Source: Microthyrium microscopicum
Taxonomy: Eukaryota
Length of the DNA stretch: 64,000 bases
Reading direction: 5' to 3'
Assembly (NCBI GenBank): GCA_010405405.1
Contig: MU004243.1
Location: 925,340-989,339 of the forward strand
Shown here: positions 1 to 13,103 of the stretch, piece after piece
Layout: each line of letters opens with the position of its first letter
Numbering within the stretch: position 1 is the first letter of the stretch
Position numbers and translations under genes: made by a program
Notes under the pieces: model-generated
Database searches by the model: none
The model's input: only the letters and a program-made list of their open reading frames with translations
What the model was told of the DNA's origin: nothing

Positions 1-1185
1 AGCTCGCCAACACCTTCCTTCAATCTGCATACATTCTCTCCTATTCTGGATGTCTTTTACGGCCAGAACCAAATACCCTCCAGCTCATCTGGTGTATCGC
101 CCTTAGCATCCAGCATCGCCAAAGAACTGCAGTCCATCTTTGCCGAAGAGCAAGCAACGTTAACCCACCTCCTAAGCTCGATATCATGGAAGCCCACACA
201 AACCAGCACTCTCAGTCCCGAAATGGCTTCTACTATGACCCGTCGCTCTACACGCTCTTTCAAATACGCGCCCACCTACCATTTGACCTTCTCACTCTTC
301 ACACCCAACAGTGCCCCCTCGGACTGGGCTATCGAATCGGCTCTCTCTCACCACATCACTCCGCTCCTCCGCGCCCTCTCGCCCATTAGCAACTTCACCA
401 TTGACAGTCAACTGCAAATGTATGCGCACTTCTCACCTACTTTCCCAGATCCTGCCTACGACCCCGAAAGCAAATCATACACCCTAAACACATCCGACCT
501 CTCCGGATTCATCAACGCCGCCGACTGGCCCCTTTCCCCAAGTATCGGCGCCGGCCCAACGATAAACTTCATTCTCTACGTTCCCGCGCCTCATCAAACA
601 CCCCTCCTCGTCCGCGAGAATGGCGCATCGAGCTGGTTGATTCCGCAATGGGGCGGTATCCAAATCTTCAATCCGCCCACCGGCTCTGCGCCGTCAAGCC
701 TGTCCGCAGACGACTTGTCCCCAGTCATGCAGACCTTCACAAACCAGCTTCTCTCCCTCCTCGGCCTACCCAACTCGCCGTCCTCGCTACCAGTCCGCCT
801 ATCAACCCTCACACGCGTCCACGCAGCTTCTCTAATATTTTCGGCGAGCGATACCCTAGGCGCCTTGGCTCGGCTGACGAAGAGTCTACCCAACATCCCG
901 ATTCCCAACACAGTCGCTCACTCCGTCGATTCCACGATCGCCCATCTGCACGCCGCGTGTGGCCATCTACGACAAGGTCGATTTGCAGCCGCGCTGCAGG
1001 ACGCAAGAGTCGCGGAAGCAGAAGTGGAACGTGCATTTTTCGAGCGAAGTATGGTGGGACAGGTGTATTTCCCCGATGAGCATAAGGTTGCGGTATATTT
1101 GCCGTTACTAGGCCCGATCGCTGTACCGTTGGTGACGAATAGTGTTAGGGAGTGGAGGAGGTGGCGGCTGGCGAGACGTGGGTAG
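1..1185 (+). CDS. GPI17: GPI transamidase subunit PIG-S/Gpi17 (5'-partial)
   Basis: Frame open from base 1. Contains the INFILYVP and WLIPQWGGIQIFN segments and the C-terminal AFFERSMVGQVYFPDEHKVAVYLPLLGPIAVPL typical of PIG-S. Confidence 0.9.
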   Translation, partial: SSPTPSFNLHTFSPILDVFYGQNQIPSSSSGVSPLASSIAKELQSIFAEEQATLTHLLSSISWKPTQTSTLSPEMASTMTRRSTRSFKYAPTYHLTFSLFTPNSAPSDWAIESALSHHITPLLRALSPISNFTIDSQLQMYAHFSPTFPDPAYDPESKSYTLNTSDLSGFINAADWPLSPSIGAGPTINFILYVPAPHQTPLLVRENGASSWLIPQWGGIQIFNPPTGSAPSSLSADDLSPVMQTFTNQLLSLLGLPNSPSSLPVRLSTLTRVHAASLIFSASDTLGALARLTKSLPNIPIPNTVAHSVDSTIAHLHAACGHLRQGRFAAALQDARVAEAEVERAFFERSMVGQVYFPDEHKVAVYLPLLGPIAVPLVTNSVREWRRWRLARRG

Positions 1186-1349
1186 ACCCAAGGGGCATTC
1201 AAGTATGCATATGAGGGTACATGGATAGGGAATGCATTAGACTGGAATTTACTGAGCGTAATGTATGATACTTTTTGGGGATAGAGATAGATGATGGATT
1301 TTGTGATGAATATGATATCCAATTCAACGCGATTCTACGTATGCTTTCT

Positions 1350-4300
1350 CTACGTTTCTGCTGCCTTTGGTCCTTCCTCATACACATCCAAATTCCACGT
1401 CTCCATGCCTGCACCACAGACGACCATTTTCGGTATACCAGAGCTCTGTGGAGGGAAGAGTGCAATGCTAGAAATATCAGCTACAGCTGTCGTGGTCTGG
1501 CGTACACTTTGAATCTCAACAGCGTCCGCGCTATTGGTCGACCTAACAGAGATCTTCGTCACAGTCAATTGCTGATCTGGCCCTGCTGTTACTGCAAATA
1601 TCTCCCGTTCTTGACGTTCTTCGGGGTTGCTACTTGACTGTTTGATGTGCTCGACAGGTGGTTTTGGGTTGGCGTAAAGGCTTATTGTCGTGATCGCTGC
1701 GCAGTGCTGCGGCTGTACTGTTCTGCCTGCAACGGTGAATGGTTGCATAAATTTGTGCGAAAGCGACGATGATTTGACGAGTCGGGCAAAGGCTATGTAA
1801 CTCCCATCGCCGACTATGCCGATGAGAGTTTCCATGGGACCGAGAGGCAGTACAGAGAGGCATTTTATGCTGCTGCTAAGATGTTGACTCGTCAAGAGCA
1901 TAGTATGTTCTGGAGCGTCGTCCAATTTGGTTGTTGATTCGCGAAGATCCTTCGGACTCCATAAAGTCACAACACCATCACTGCCAGCTGTGACGAAGCA
2001 TAGTTCGTTGAGTTTTGCTGAAGCGGAATTGTTGACGTAAGAAATGTGTGTTAGACCAGCATTGCCAGCGGTGGTTCTGCTAATGACTGTCCATGGGGAC
2101 TCTTCGCCTGGTCTATATAAAAATGTCTTGATAAGTGAGCGGTAGGCATATACCAGAGTGATAACAAAAGCTTGCTCTGGCTCGCACCAATGGACATCAA
2201 AGCCACTGATCCGCAATTCCAGTTCTTTTTCCATCCCGCGTGGTACCTTGGCCTCACAAATGACGCCTATTCCCACTAATGGAGCTGGTTGTATCCGCCA
2301 GACAAAGAGTTCTTCGAAGCCGCCACTGCTGAATAGGTATCGTCCATCTTTTGACCAGACAAGATTCTGAATCCCAGTGGTATGCCCTCGTAAGGTGGCT
2401 GAGCATTTGAGATCGACTGCAGCTGTTCGCCCAGGTTGTTGTTCCTGCGTGAACAGTTTGATGATAGTGTCTTCAGCACCAGTTGCGATCACGTCACATT
2501 GTCCATTTTCCAGGGACGAAACGGCAGATGCTTTGATGTCCCGTCCATGTGCTCCAGATTTTATAATGGTATCGGTTCGGCGAATTTTGTGGGCAATCTT
2601 GAGCTCATGTCCCTCAATCCATACGAAGATAAAATCCAAGACATCCTCCGGGTTCAACTTTTGAAAGTGACAAGTGTACGGCCTACGAGCCCCGCCACAA
2701 GGAATGTTCCAGAGTTCCTGATCAGCAAGTACGTCGTAGACAATGAATTTGGTGGATTTGAAACCGTAGAGGTAAAGTCCTTGACCCGTTGGAGGAATCC
2801 AAAAACCTTCAATTGCGGTCCCAAATGGTACCCCGAGTCTGTGAACTAGCGATGAAGACGAGACCCCGTCTAGAGATATTCTGCTGATGGCTACATGACC
2901 GTCCCGACCAACAGAAACGGTATGCAGACGCTCATTAGAGGATGAATCACAGATCCATTGAATATGAGTGACCGTTTCCTTGCCATGGATGGACTGTATT
3001 CCAGCATTTGGTATTTCCTCAAGACTTATATATTTATACGAGGATGGTGTGATGTCTGATGAGTGTGAGTATATCCTGATGCTTCCCTTCCGGAATCCCA
3101 ATACAAGACACAATATTCCTTGGTGGATGACGCTGCTGCAACTGGTAACGACATCGGTCCCCGTGGAGGACGTTCCAAACTTGTCTGAAATGTCTGCAAA
3201 GTATATGGCAGTAACTTCCAAGCACTGTGAGGTGTCGTATTCAAGTTTCAAAAGCTCAAAGTTCCGATGTCCATGAAGGGACATGCCTAAATAAACTATA
3301 GTGTCTCCTGAGGGAGATGTGACAGTTCCGCAAAGCCAAAGGCCGAGAATCTTATGATCGATCTTCCTGAGCAAGCTTAATTTCGACTTTTCCATGTCAA
3401 CAAAGTAAACGTAGTGTGTTCCTGCTATAATTGTAAAGCTGCCACTCAGAAAGGAGAACGTTACCACTGAATATCCTTTCAAGGTTGATGTAGAGCCAAT
3501 CAGTACGAACTCCCCCAGAAGTTCATCTGGAGGGTTTTGGGTCACCAGGAATCTGTCCAAAGCCCTTAGCGAGTCGGCGTATCTCAACAGGACTACATCC
3601 CCATCATTGCTGATGGCCACAGTTTGATGCCGATTGATCATGGCGAGTGAGCGACAGTGGTTGTTTCTACTTCTGGCAGACGATGGTTGGAAATTAGGCT
3701 CCTTTCTGGGCTCTTTCATCACTTTAATATTGTCGGAAAACCTCCAAGTCCTAATTTCGGGCTTCTCATTCCAAGTGTTTGGTGAGACCAAGGCACTTGT
3801 AATTGCTCCGTCTCCTCCCCCCGTGTAAATAGCAGCAAATTCAGCAGGGACCCCATATTTCGGCTCATATGTCAAGGACCAAATGTTTTTGCCCGAGTGT
3901 CGATTGAAACATGCGACTTGTCGTAAGCTGGTAGTGTTTCCATCCTCGTTCAATACCCATAATCGACAAGTAGCGTCTTCGCTGTATGAAATGAGCCTGA
4001 CCAGACCACTGCCTTCACGGTCATGCAAAAAGCGAATGTCCCAAATTCTAGCCTCGTGGGCAATTGTGCTAGCGAGACAAGTCCAGGAATTGGGGTCGCT
4101 GACTCCATTTAGCGGGTTCTCACAGGCTGTAAATGCCTGTTCTTGCCGGAAATCAACACCAAGGTCCCAGATCTTGATGTATCGATCATCGCCACAACTG
4201 GCGGCCAGTCCTCGCTCGACCAAAAAATCGACCGAAAAGACACTTCCGGGGTGCGCGGCTCTGTTCTGCGTATACTTGATAGTAGCCCAATTATCATGCA

Positions 4301-5123
4301 TCCCAGGTATTAAAGGTCCTTGAACACGTTCCCTACGTTTGTTAGCGTAAGATTATGATTGTGCGTTTCTCCGACAAGCCTGGAGACCGTCATGTGAGAT
4401 TCTTGCTCTGAAGCCAACGTACCAAGTGGTAACCATGAACACTTGTGGGTACCATAAGGCGCGTTGTTCCCAAAATCTCGTGGAGATATTGATAGGAGGA
4501 ATATAAATCTAAAAGACTTACAAGACTTTGAGAGAAATATCACCGTTCGCAGTACCAGCTGCAACCGTGAGACGATCTTGAGCCTGGTTACTCTGATCGA
4601 AGGCACGATAACCAAAATTGGCCGTCGCCCCAAACAAAATTGTCTGCTCGCTGATAGTAGTCGGGCTGTTGATGTGTCCGATGCCAGTACACTCCGAACT
4701 ACGAGGGTCGTATTTGTAAAGACCACCCAAGACAGAGACCACAGCGATCGTGTCCTGAGGGGATTGGGTAGGACATTTTCTGTCCAGATGTAGGATTCTA
4801 TCCAAGGAGTTGATTAATGGGCCTAGGTAAATAGAGTCATTGCGGATATCGACCGGACAAAGAGATCGGCCGCCGCTGACTAACACACGAAGAATGCCCC
4901 GATCAGTAGCTGGAGCTACAATGGCGTAACCAAGCAGAATGATGCCAGTTATTGAATCTGAGTCAAAAACCTGTCCAGACGCAACAATGGCTCCATTTTG
5001 CTTGTTATAGACGACAAGATGGAAACCTTCGCCGGCGATCAGGTATTGCTCGAATGAAAGGAGGGCAGTGACTGGTTTGATGGAGGCTTCCGGTCCAGGA
5101 AGAAGCTTTGGTTTTGAAAACAT
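1350..5123 (-). CDS. WD40 repeat protein, WDR6/Trm734(Rtt10)-like
   Basis: Two exons joined in frame by intron 4521-4333 (GTAAGT...GCTAAC...TAG). WD motifs include AHEARIWD, HSGKNIWS, AHGRDIK, IATGAEDT and LFSSGGFEELFVW. Confidence 0.82.
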
Positions 5124-6583
5124 GAGGCTTTGAAAATTTGGCGATGTTCATGGAGGGGTGGAAGAAGACGAAGACCAAACCTTCAAGAACTTGACATCAG
5201 CCGATGACTTTGGTTGGAAGGGACCAACAGTATCGCGACTATCTCTTTCAGTCATTGTAGTTGCCGTGCAAAATTGAATGCTATACCTCTTTCCACATGT
5301 TGGAAAAAAAGGTGTTTCTCCCAGCAACTCCGCTGGCTCCCATGTATCTTCATAGGCTCCATTCCATTAGCTTCGTTGGCTCACAATCTCAACCGCTACA
5401 TTTTATTAGCAGCTACTCCATTTTCATGGATGCGTAGAAATTGGCGATGAAATACCACATACGATGGGAATCAGAGAATAAGCTTTTCAAAAGGGCGGTA
5501 GTAAAATCGCACAGTGTGCCACATATTTTGTTACCCATTGATATCGCTCTCCGAAAAACTAACAAGGTCCAGACAAAAAAAACAGTCCAGACGCATGATC
5601 TTATAAAGTATAAAAAAGTTCATTCTTGTCCTAGTTCTTGAATGAAGTGTTTGTACATCCCCAGGACTTGATTGATCAAGACTTCAGCCATGAAACAACC
5701 ACACGATTTGTGATCGAAATTTATTTACCATCGCGGTCTAAGACTCAGAACAAGAAGTGTTTCATCAAGTAGGTCCAGCAGTCTGCCAAGGATAGGAAGA
5801 TGAAAGGTGAAACGTTGCCTACGAGAAGTACATGAAGCCATTGAGCATCTATAATCTACCCTCATTAGATAGTCTACAATTAGGGAATTGACAACTATAG
5901 CACTTTGTGATCCAACGACAGCGCCAGGAACCACCATGTCATAGCAATATCCAATGCGGGAAGAAGGGAGTAAATTCTCGTGATAACACATCTGTTTCAT
6001 CAGCCTTCGAACCATCGCAAAGGGTTCAATAATCACTATATCATACTTTCCTCCTCAGCAACGAGACTTGCGGTTCCTCGTGGCATGGACCGCAACCTCA
6101 AGCACTACTAGCTCTTCTTTCCCCATCCGAGCTTCTCAAAATGTTGAGCCCTTATGCTCGTAGATCTATTGTACTACTGGTATCCATAAGAAAGTGCGAG
6201 AGCGAATCAGCCTACCTAGCGCGATATAGCAAAAGCCCGGGTCACAGAAGTGATAAACTTTGAACCATAATGTCCACAGCTTCAGGTTTAAATATGTCAA
6301 CACAGTATTCTCTCCTCCAAGGGTTTCTCGCCAGTCAGTCATCTTTCCCAAATGTTTCCAGCTCTAGCTCTGAGGGACCGCGAGCACCATTCTTCTCCAC
6401 CGGCCCGACTGGCCACAGCGGAGGGCGGTGTTGTGGGTGGTTTATATCATTGGAAGGGCTGGATTCTTCTCATCTGGGTGTTTGTCTTATGCCTCCTTAC
6501 GCCCCTCAAGTTTGCTATTCAAGATTGGATTCAGCAGGGTGCGGTTGTGTCCATTGCGAGTTCGTTGTCGACGACTTTCCGCA

Positions 6584-7598
6584 ATGAAGTTTCTTTTTTG
6601 GTCAGCTTTTCTCTTACTGTTGGTAAACCTTGTGGCCAGTCTGGTGGTGAGGGAAATGAGAGTGCATTCCCTCCTGCGCAGGGAGAGCAGTTTCTCAAAA
6701 ACGCCTCCAGTTACGGTCAAGGGCAATGGTGAGTGCTTGCGATGCAGACTTGTTGTGGGATGGAGTATTGATGTTTGCTGATAGCGTTCTTCACGGGTGA
6801 GAAGAGATTCTACATTCGTGGTATGGATTATCAGCCCGGTAAGCTTTTTCCATCGCAGGGCAAACGAAGCCCTTGGTGCTGCAAAAAATAGCTTCTTGAC
6901 ATGAAAGTTTCCAGGTGGGCCGTCAGACCTAACGGACGCAATCGCAGATCCAGCCCTCTGCAGCCGCGACATTAGCAAATTCCGCGCTCTCGGAATCAGT
7001 ACCATTCGGATCTACACGGTCGGCAATTCCAAGAGCCACGATGAGTGTATGCGGTTGCTGGCCGAAGCTGGAATATAAGGATTACAGTATTCCTCTATTG
7101 TGAGTAAACTCATATCAAAAGTGGTCAGTGGGTGAAGGCTAATGAGAAAACCAGTCTGTCAGAATACGGCTGTATCACCAATCCGCCGCGTACGTTTGGC
7201 GAGATTGGTAGTCTTATGTCTAGTAACATGACATCCGCGTACTCGGGTGGTTTGTTGTACGAGTACACCTTTGGAGTCAATAAATACGGCATCGTCCAGG
7301 TTCAAGGAAGCAGTGTACAGGAGTTGCCGGACTTTGCGAGGTATCGGAATGCGTTGGCAAATAGTCCGACTTCCAATGGCGATGGGGGTACAAGGCGAAT
7401 GGGAAGCCAAGTTTTTGTCCTAAACAGAGTGGGAAGTGGTTGGTGACAAATTCGTCGATTCCTATTATGCCGGCTGGGGCGCAGAGGTTTTTGGATAATG
7501 GTGCTGGTAAGGGACCTGGCATCAAGACTGGTGATAAGGGGAGTCAGTGGGCTGGGACGCCGAGTGCTGGTAGGGCGGAGACAAACGATCTTGCTTGA
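6584..7598 (+). pseudogene. GH72 beta-1,3-glucanosyltransferase (Gel1/Gas-like) pseudogene
   Basis: Signal peptide MKFLFWSAFLLLL. Spliced sequence reads PVTVKGNAFF-RFYIRGMDYQPGG-DPALCSRDI-TIRIYTVGN-LAEAGI, then TAA at 7076-7078 directly joined to DYSIPLFLSEYGC...YSGGLLYEY. Frameshift in the G-run at 7384-7388. Confidence 0.85.
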
Positions 7599-9412
7599 TG
7601 GGAAACCGCATGACAAACTAACTGGTGTTCTCCCATCAACTTCGCTGGCTCCCCAACGCTTTTAACTAAGAGGTGTTATATTTTCTATCGCATTCGATAG
7701 AATAATCGAGTTTAAGCGCCCTGTATGGTACCTAAATAAAGCACTCGATACTAGAGCGTGTTGTGTGGAAGCCATCGAAGTCGATTGGGGCACGCCAGTT
7801 GGTTTGTCTATCGGTTGATGGGGAAGCATGAGTGGTATTAGGATTGGTGCTTGGAGAGCTGAAGGAGAACTAATGGGTCAGTGAGAAGTGCTGTCGTTGT
7901 TGGGGGTTGACTTCAGAACCAATGCTGATAAGGAGAAAATCGACTTAAGATCCCAGCAAAGATCAAATGGAATAATCTACGTCATAGAAGAATGAGCTGT
8001 AGTAGCTCTTGTTAGAGATTATGGCAGAGAAAGTTATAGATGGCATGCTTCAAAGTGCACAATGATGTATTTGTGATCTGTGTAGTGTTTGAGTGTTTGT
8101 TTTGAGCTTGTAATCGCTGTACTCTCATCGCCCTTTGGGTTCTAATGGAGTCTGATGGTACCCTATCATATCGTAATGAAGGAAAACATATTGAAATATA
8201 AAGCAGAACGGATTAGATGCGTAATACGGCACTTGAGTCAGATCGGCTCGTTTTTGATGGTCAAACCAGAGAGGAAGGTGATGCTCAGCCAGATCGCAAT
8301 CAACCAGATACCTGGTATATCGATGGGCTTCAAAAGAGCATATAGGCAACAAAGGCGTAATGTTGGAATTGGTACACAGGTAGGATATTGGTAAGGTCAG
8401 AGTCCTGTGGGATGATGGATGAGAGGAAGAGGTTGGGCAAGATCCAAAAATAGAAAGAGGAGTAAAATGGATGGCGATCTGGACCATCCACGGGTTACGC
8501 CTCGCAACTAGCCACTCCAGATTGCGTAGCCTCAGCCTCATGAGGCGACAAGCTTTTATGAACACGGACACGATTGTGATGATATTACTAGAGGCTTCAG
8601 CCTTGCTGATGTAACAACTCCTTGTAGGTGTCAACGGGCTTTGTACCATGTGGGCTAAACTTGTTTGTCTCCAAGCGGAACAAGACAAGAATCAGAGTAG
8701 GAACAATATTTCATCAGAGTAGGTAATTGACGGTATATCAAACAAGGCTTGCTATAAGACAGATAAATGAAACAAGCTTTGAAGGCGACCCGTTGGTGAC
8801 AATATCTGCAGTAAAGGTGGGGTCTGAAAACGATGTTTGCATACTAGTATTGAATCTACGCGTACTACTAGGAAAACAGTAGAAAGATAGTATGGAGGAA
8901 ATGGCAAATAGTCTTGGTGTTGTCTGGGCAGTTGGTGACAGCCGTGTGTGTTCCTTGCAAGTGGTTGCTCCGCCACGAACAGCAAGCATCAAGCATCTCT
9001 CCCACAGCCCTCTTCACTGTCTGATCCTTGATCTATTTTCTTTTTCATCTTGATTCTGGGCCTGCTTTTAATGCCTGCCAATTGCTGCTTTATGATCAAG
9101 TTGACGTCGTCTTGATTCTCCCACCACTTCACCTCTTTCTCTCCGTCCTCGCACCTTGCGAACACTGAGAATTCATAAACAACAACACAACCTTGGAAGG
9201 CAATCACGACTCGCTACCAACATCGCTCCTACTATAACCTGCGGATCGCGACTTCCTCATTCACTCGGCCCCCAATCTGCACCTTCCGCAAAACCTCCAT
9301 CGCTCCTACCAAAACACCACGCTCCTCGCCTCCCCATCTGCCACAACTCCCTCCTACGCTTTCCAACATCACTCCTATCATCCTTCAGCTCCCACAAACA
9401 CATCTTACAATC

Positions 9413-10506
9413 ATGGGTAAAATAGGGAGAATTGCGTGCATTGCCACGCCCATGGCATTGAGTGTTGCCTCATTCATATGTCTTTTGGTCGTCTTCATGG
9501 GTGGGCTGAACAAAGGCGATTCCAATCTACGGGGTTTGTACTACTTCAAGGTATGTACCGCTCTCAGCATCTCACTTGATAATCCATCAGGCTGACATCG
9601 TAACTCTAGGCCGATACCTCCCAATTCAAAGCCAATTCCACAGCCGCCGGTTTCCTTAATGGTGTCCAGGGTATTAGTGCGGACACAAAACAGTTGATCG
9701 AAGGCCTCATCGGTCAAGCACAAAACAACAACTTGAAAGATGAATATTACATTTATCTGGAGAACTTTTGCACCGGAAGCACAAATGGCACCATTGACTA
9801 TTGCTCGCCCCGACAGTCCTCATTCTACTTCAACCCGATAAACGAGTGGGGACTAAACAGCACCCTTTACGAGAAATATATTCCAAGCGGTGTTAATACT
9901 GCTCTCAACACATACAAGAAGGTTGCTAGTTGGATGTTCATCGCCTATGTCATCGCATTTTGGACCACCATCGCCAGCATCGTCGTCGGCCTCCTTGCCA
10001 TCTGCTCCCGCATCGGCAGCTGTCTTACTACGATCGTTGCCAGCGTCGCAACGCTATTCACCCTCTTGGCCGCGCTCACATCCACCATCCTCTTCTCCAC
10101 GCTCGTCGGTGCGCTCGACGGCCTCCTAAAGCCATACTCCATCAAGCTCTCCGTCGGCACTCGCATGATGGCTCTAGACTGGATTGCAGTCGCCTTCTCC
10201 ATCGGCGCCTCCATGTTCTGGCTCGTATCAATCTGCTGCTGCTCTGGCCGCTCTGATCGTAAGGAGCGTAGACGTAAGGCCGCAGACCCAGAGCCAGGTG
10301 CAGGATACGCCGCTTTCGGCAGTCAACGAGGCTACAAGCCACTCGAGGATGACCAACACCATAACCAGCCTTACCATAATCAATATGGCGCACAACCCCA
10401 TCATACCGGTCATGAGATGCAAGAGTTTGGAACAACACATGGCGCTGCTGGAGGGCCTTATAAGGGTCGGGATAACACTGCATATGAGCCTTTTAGACAA
10501 ACATAG
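9413..10506 (+). CDS. SUR7/PalI family integral membrane protein
   Basis: Exons 9413-9550 and 9610-10506. N-terminal TM, extracellular YYIYLENFC...YCS loop, three further TMs, ICCC and a hydrophilic tail. Confidence 0.8.
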
Positions 10507-10799
10507 ACGAGCGAGATTGTTGTATTGCGGATGTGTCATGTCGTTATGAACAATAAGCCTTGTTTTTAGCAATTTTCATGTCAATATTGTTATGGATTTC
10601 CATGGTATGGCGTTTGGAATCGCCGACCTGTTGGGTCGCGCCTTGTACGTATTTTGATGAAACCAATTCTTGATTGTTGGATTGAGCAAAGAAATGGCAT
10701 ACGGCCACCTCCTATAAATAGAAGAATCCTATATCTCTCATCACCTTCAATCGAACCTCATGATATAAATTCGCCTTTATATTCTCTCCTATCTCACCC

Positions 10800-12613
10800 T
10801 CAATACAAAGCCTTACATTCCCAAGAACTAGCATCCTTCACATCCCCCGTCCCACGATATCTCGCCTGCTTCGGATACACACACAGTGGCCGCTGCTGAT
10901 ATATCCCCCCAGCTTTCGCATCAATCTTCGACGCAATGATGCTGTCTGGCGCAGTCCCATTCTCAACCCAGTGCATCATGGCGAGCAGAATATCATGTTT
11001 TGGCGTTCGCAGCTTTGCTGAGAGCTCTTTGTTCATTCCCATACCGCCCCTAGCTCCTATGAAATCAGGCGCGTTGGTCAGACTGCTTGATCCACCACAA
11101 TGGCTAGCGAGGTGTTAGTTGGGTAGGGAGATGTATAATGGTGGTTGAACACTTACCCCATTCCAGGAACTAGGAAGAATCGATAACTACTATCTAGGTC
11201 CTGGAATCCTTTGGTCTTGAGAGTCCGTTCGACTTGTTTTCGGAAATGGATACTTGATCCTGGTGTTATTGATGAATCCGCCCATCCATGATAGTGTAAG
11301 AGTTTGCCTCCTCTTTTGAAGTAGGGCGACATATCGAAGTTGTCGGCAGTCGCATTACCCACATTCATACGATCTGACAACGCAATGAGTTCTGGGAAAT
11401 TGGTATCCTGCCATCGCCAGTTTGGACCTAATCCGAGCATATATTTCACATAGCCTGTCATCAACGTCGGTGGTTCTTTCTGCCCCATCGCCATTGGCCA
11501 TGAGGATTCAGAGCCGTAGAATAGATGCGAGAATATAGTTGTTTGGTTCGCCTCTGTCCAGTCACTGTACACTTTCTCCAGCATGTTAATCTGCGGGAGG
11601 GTCAGACAGTTCTTCGTTGTTCCCGCGCCGCAGAGTAGTGTCTCCAGCTTGAATTCGCACTTCGATGGATCGGAAATGATGTTATCCACCACACCATCTT
11701 GCGGATCGCACTGTTTCAACACTTCCCGCTCTATCACCGCAAACATCTCCGTCGGAATATGGTGTGACGCATCGATGGGTAAGTTGTACATGGCAACCTT
11801 CCCATTCCACAATTGTAAATGCTTCGTCCACCAAGCTGGCGCTCCCGCAATAATGCCATCAAACTCTTCAGGAAACAACTGTGCTTCTTTAAGGCCTTGG
11901 CGACCTCCTGTCGAACAGCCCATGTAGTAGCTATGGCTCGGCGCTCTCCCATAGTGTTCTGTAACGAGTTTTTTGCCCATTAGGACAGTCTCGTGGAGAG
12001 CGCGCCATCCCCAATCTGTGACCTGCTCCGTATTATTCTCCGCCCATTTCGCATCCGCGCCAGGCCCTATTGTTCACACGTCAATGATTTTTCCCAGAGC
12101 AGATAGTATTTACATACCAGCATCATGTGTCCCAGCATCCGTCGAAACAACAGCAAACCCATAATCCACACCCCCAACCATCTCCCCCCAACTAATCGCG
12201 CCCGCAAACCCGCCATTTCCTACCGCCCTTTTCATCCCATTAGTCCCAAATCCCCATACATACTCCCCCCCTTTCTAATTAACTTACAGAAATCGCCCAT
12301 TCCAATCCTTCGGCAAAAATATCCCGAATCCATAGCTCGAATTCTTACTAGACGCCACCGTTCCTTGCACTGCACATAACTCTGGGACCACAAAATCTCG
12401 CATGAACGGCGAGGACGCGCGTGGCGGGCCCTGGTATCCTGGGGCGCCGGGGGGTGTGAATTTGGAGGCGGAGGTGAGGTGGGCGGTATAGGTGATTTTT
12501 ATGGCGCTGTTGGAGGTGAATGCGGAGGCGGCGGCGGCGGAGTCTGTGGTGCATTGTATTGCGGAGACGGGGGATAGGAGGGGGAGGATGGGGAGGAGGG
12601 TTTTGGGTATCAT
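10800..12613 (-). CDS. Secreted tannase/feruloyl esterase family protein
   Basis: Signal peptide; WNGRFLAVGNGG, GCSTGGRQG nucleophile motif, HGWAD, VPGMGHCGG and RPLCVYP. Three introns, all read in frame. Confidence 0.92.
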
Positions 12614-13103
12614 GGTGGTCTGGTGTGGGTCTCGTTGGGACTATAGTTGTAGAGGAGTGTTGATATCTTTGTAGGAGGCATTGTGATATCGTGGAGAGGC
12701 TCTGGTGTATAAGATACGTAGAGTAGGCAGGCTTCGGGGTTCGCTTTGCTTTATTTCAGCGAATCGTGAGGAGGGAGGTATATTGCTGTATGGATAATCC
12801 GACTGTGAAGTCTACTATTGTATGGGTTGCTGCTGTGTTGGATATTGAATTAGATTAAGATAGCTATAAGCTGTTACCTGGTAGTAGCTCGGGCTATAGG
12901 CCTAATGTATGACCTATTTCGAGGCCAATCACTTCGGAAAATCGGCGGGCTTCAAATAGTTGTGTCTGGTATTTGAAACTAAACATATAGAAACAAGTGG
13001 ATATCATTTATGACAGCTAGTACCGTACATTTTTGTTCGTTCATGACAGCTGGTACTGTACACAATCGTCGTTCATAATCCGTCCATTATACTAGAAACC
13101 TTT

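Noticed and set aside
594..1322. Long antisense/alternate-frame ORFs over PIG-S, and likewise over most genes in the window
   Set aside because: Shadow ORFs of real coding sequence; they carry no motifs.
4333..4521. Possible micro-exon or nested intron in the long WDR6 intron (internal GTACGT)
   Set aside because: A single splice already restores the frame.
8125..8688. 187-aa minus-strand ORF
   Set aside because: Non-ATG start, no motif, and intergenic-like composition.
12165..12195. Suspected frameshift in the G-runs of the tannase gene
   Set aside because: Recounting gives in-frame WGEMVGGVDYGF.
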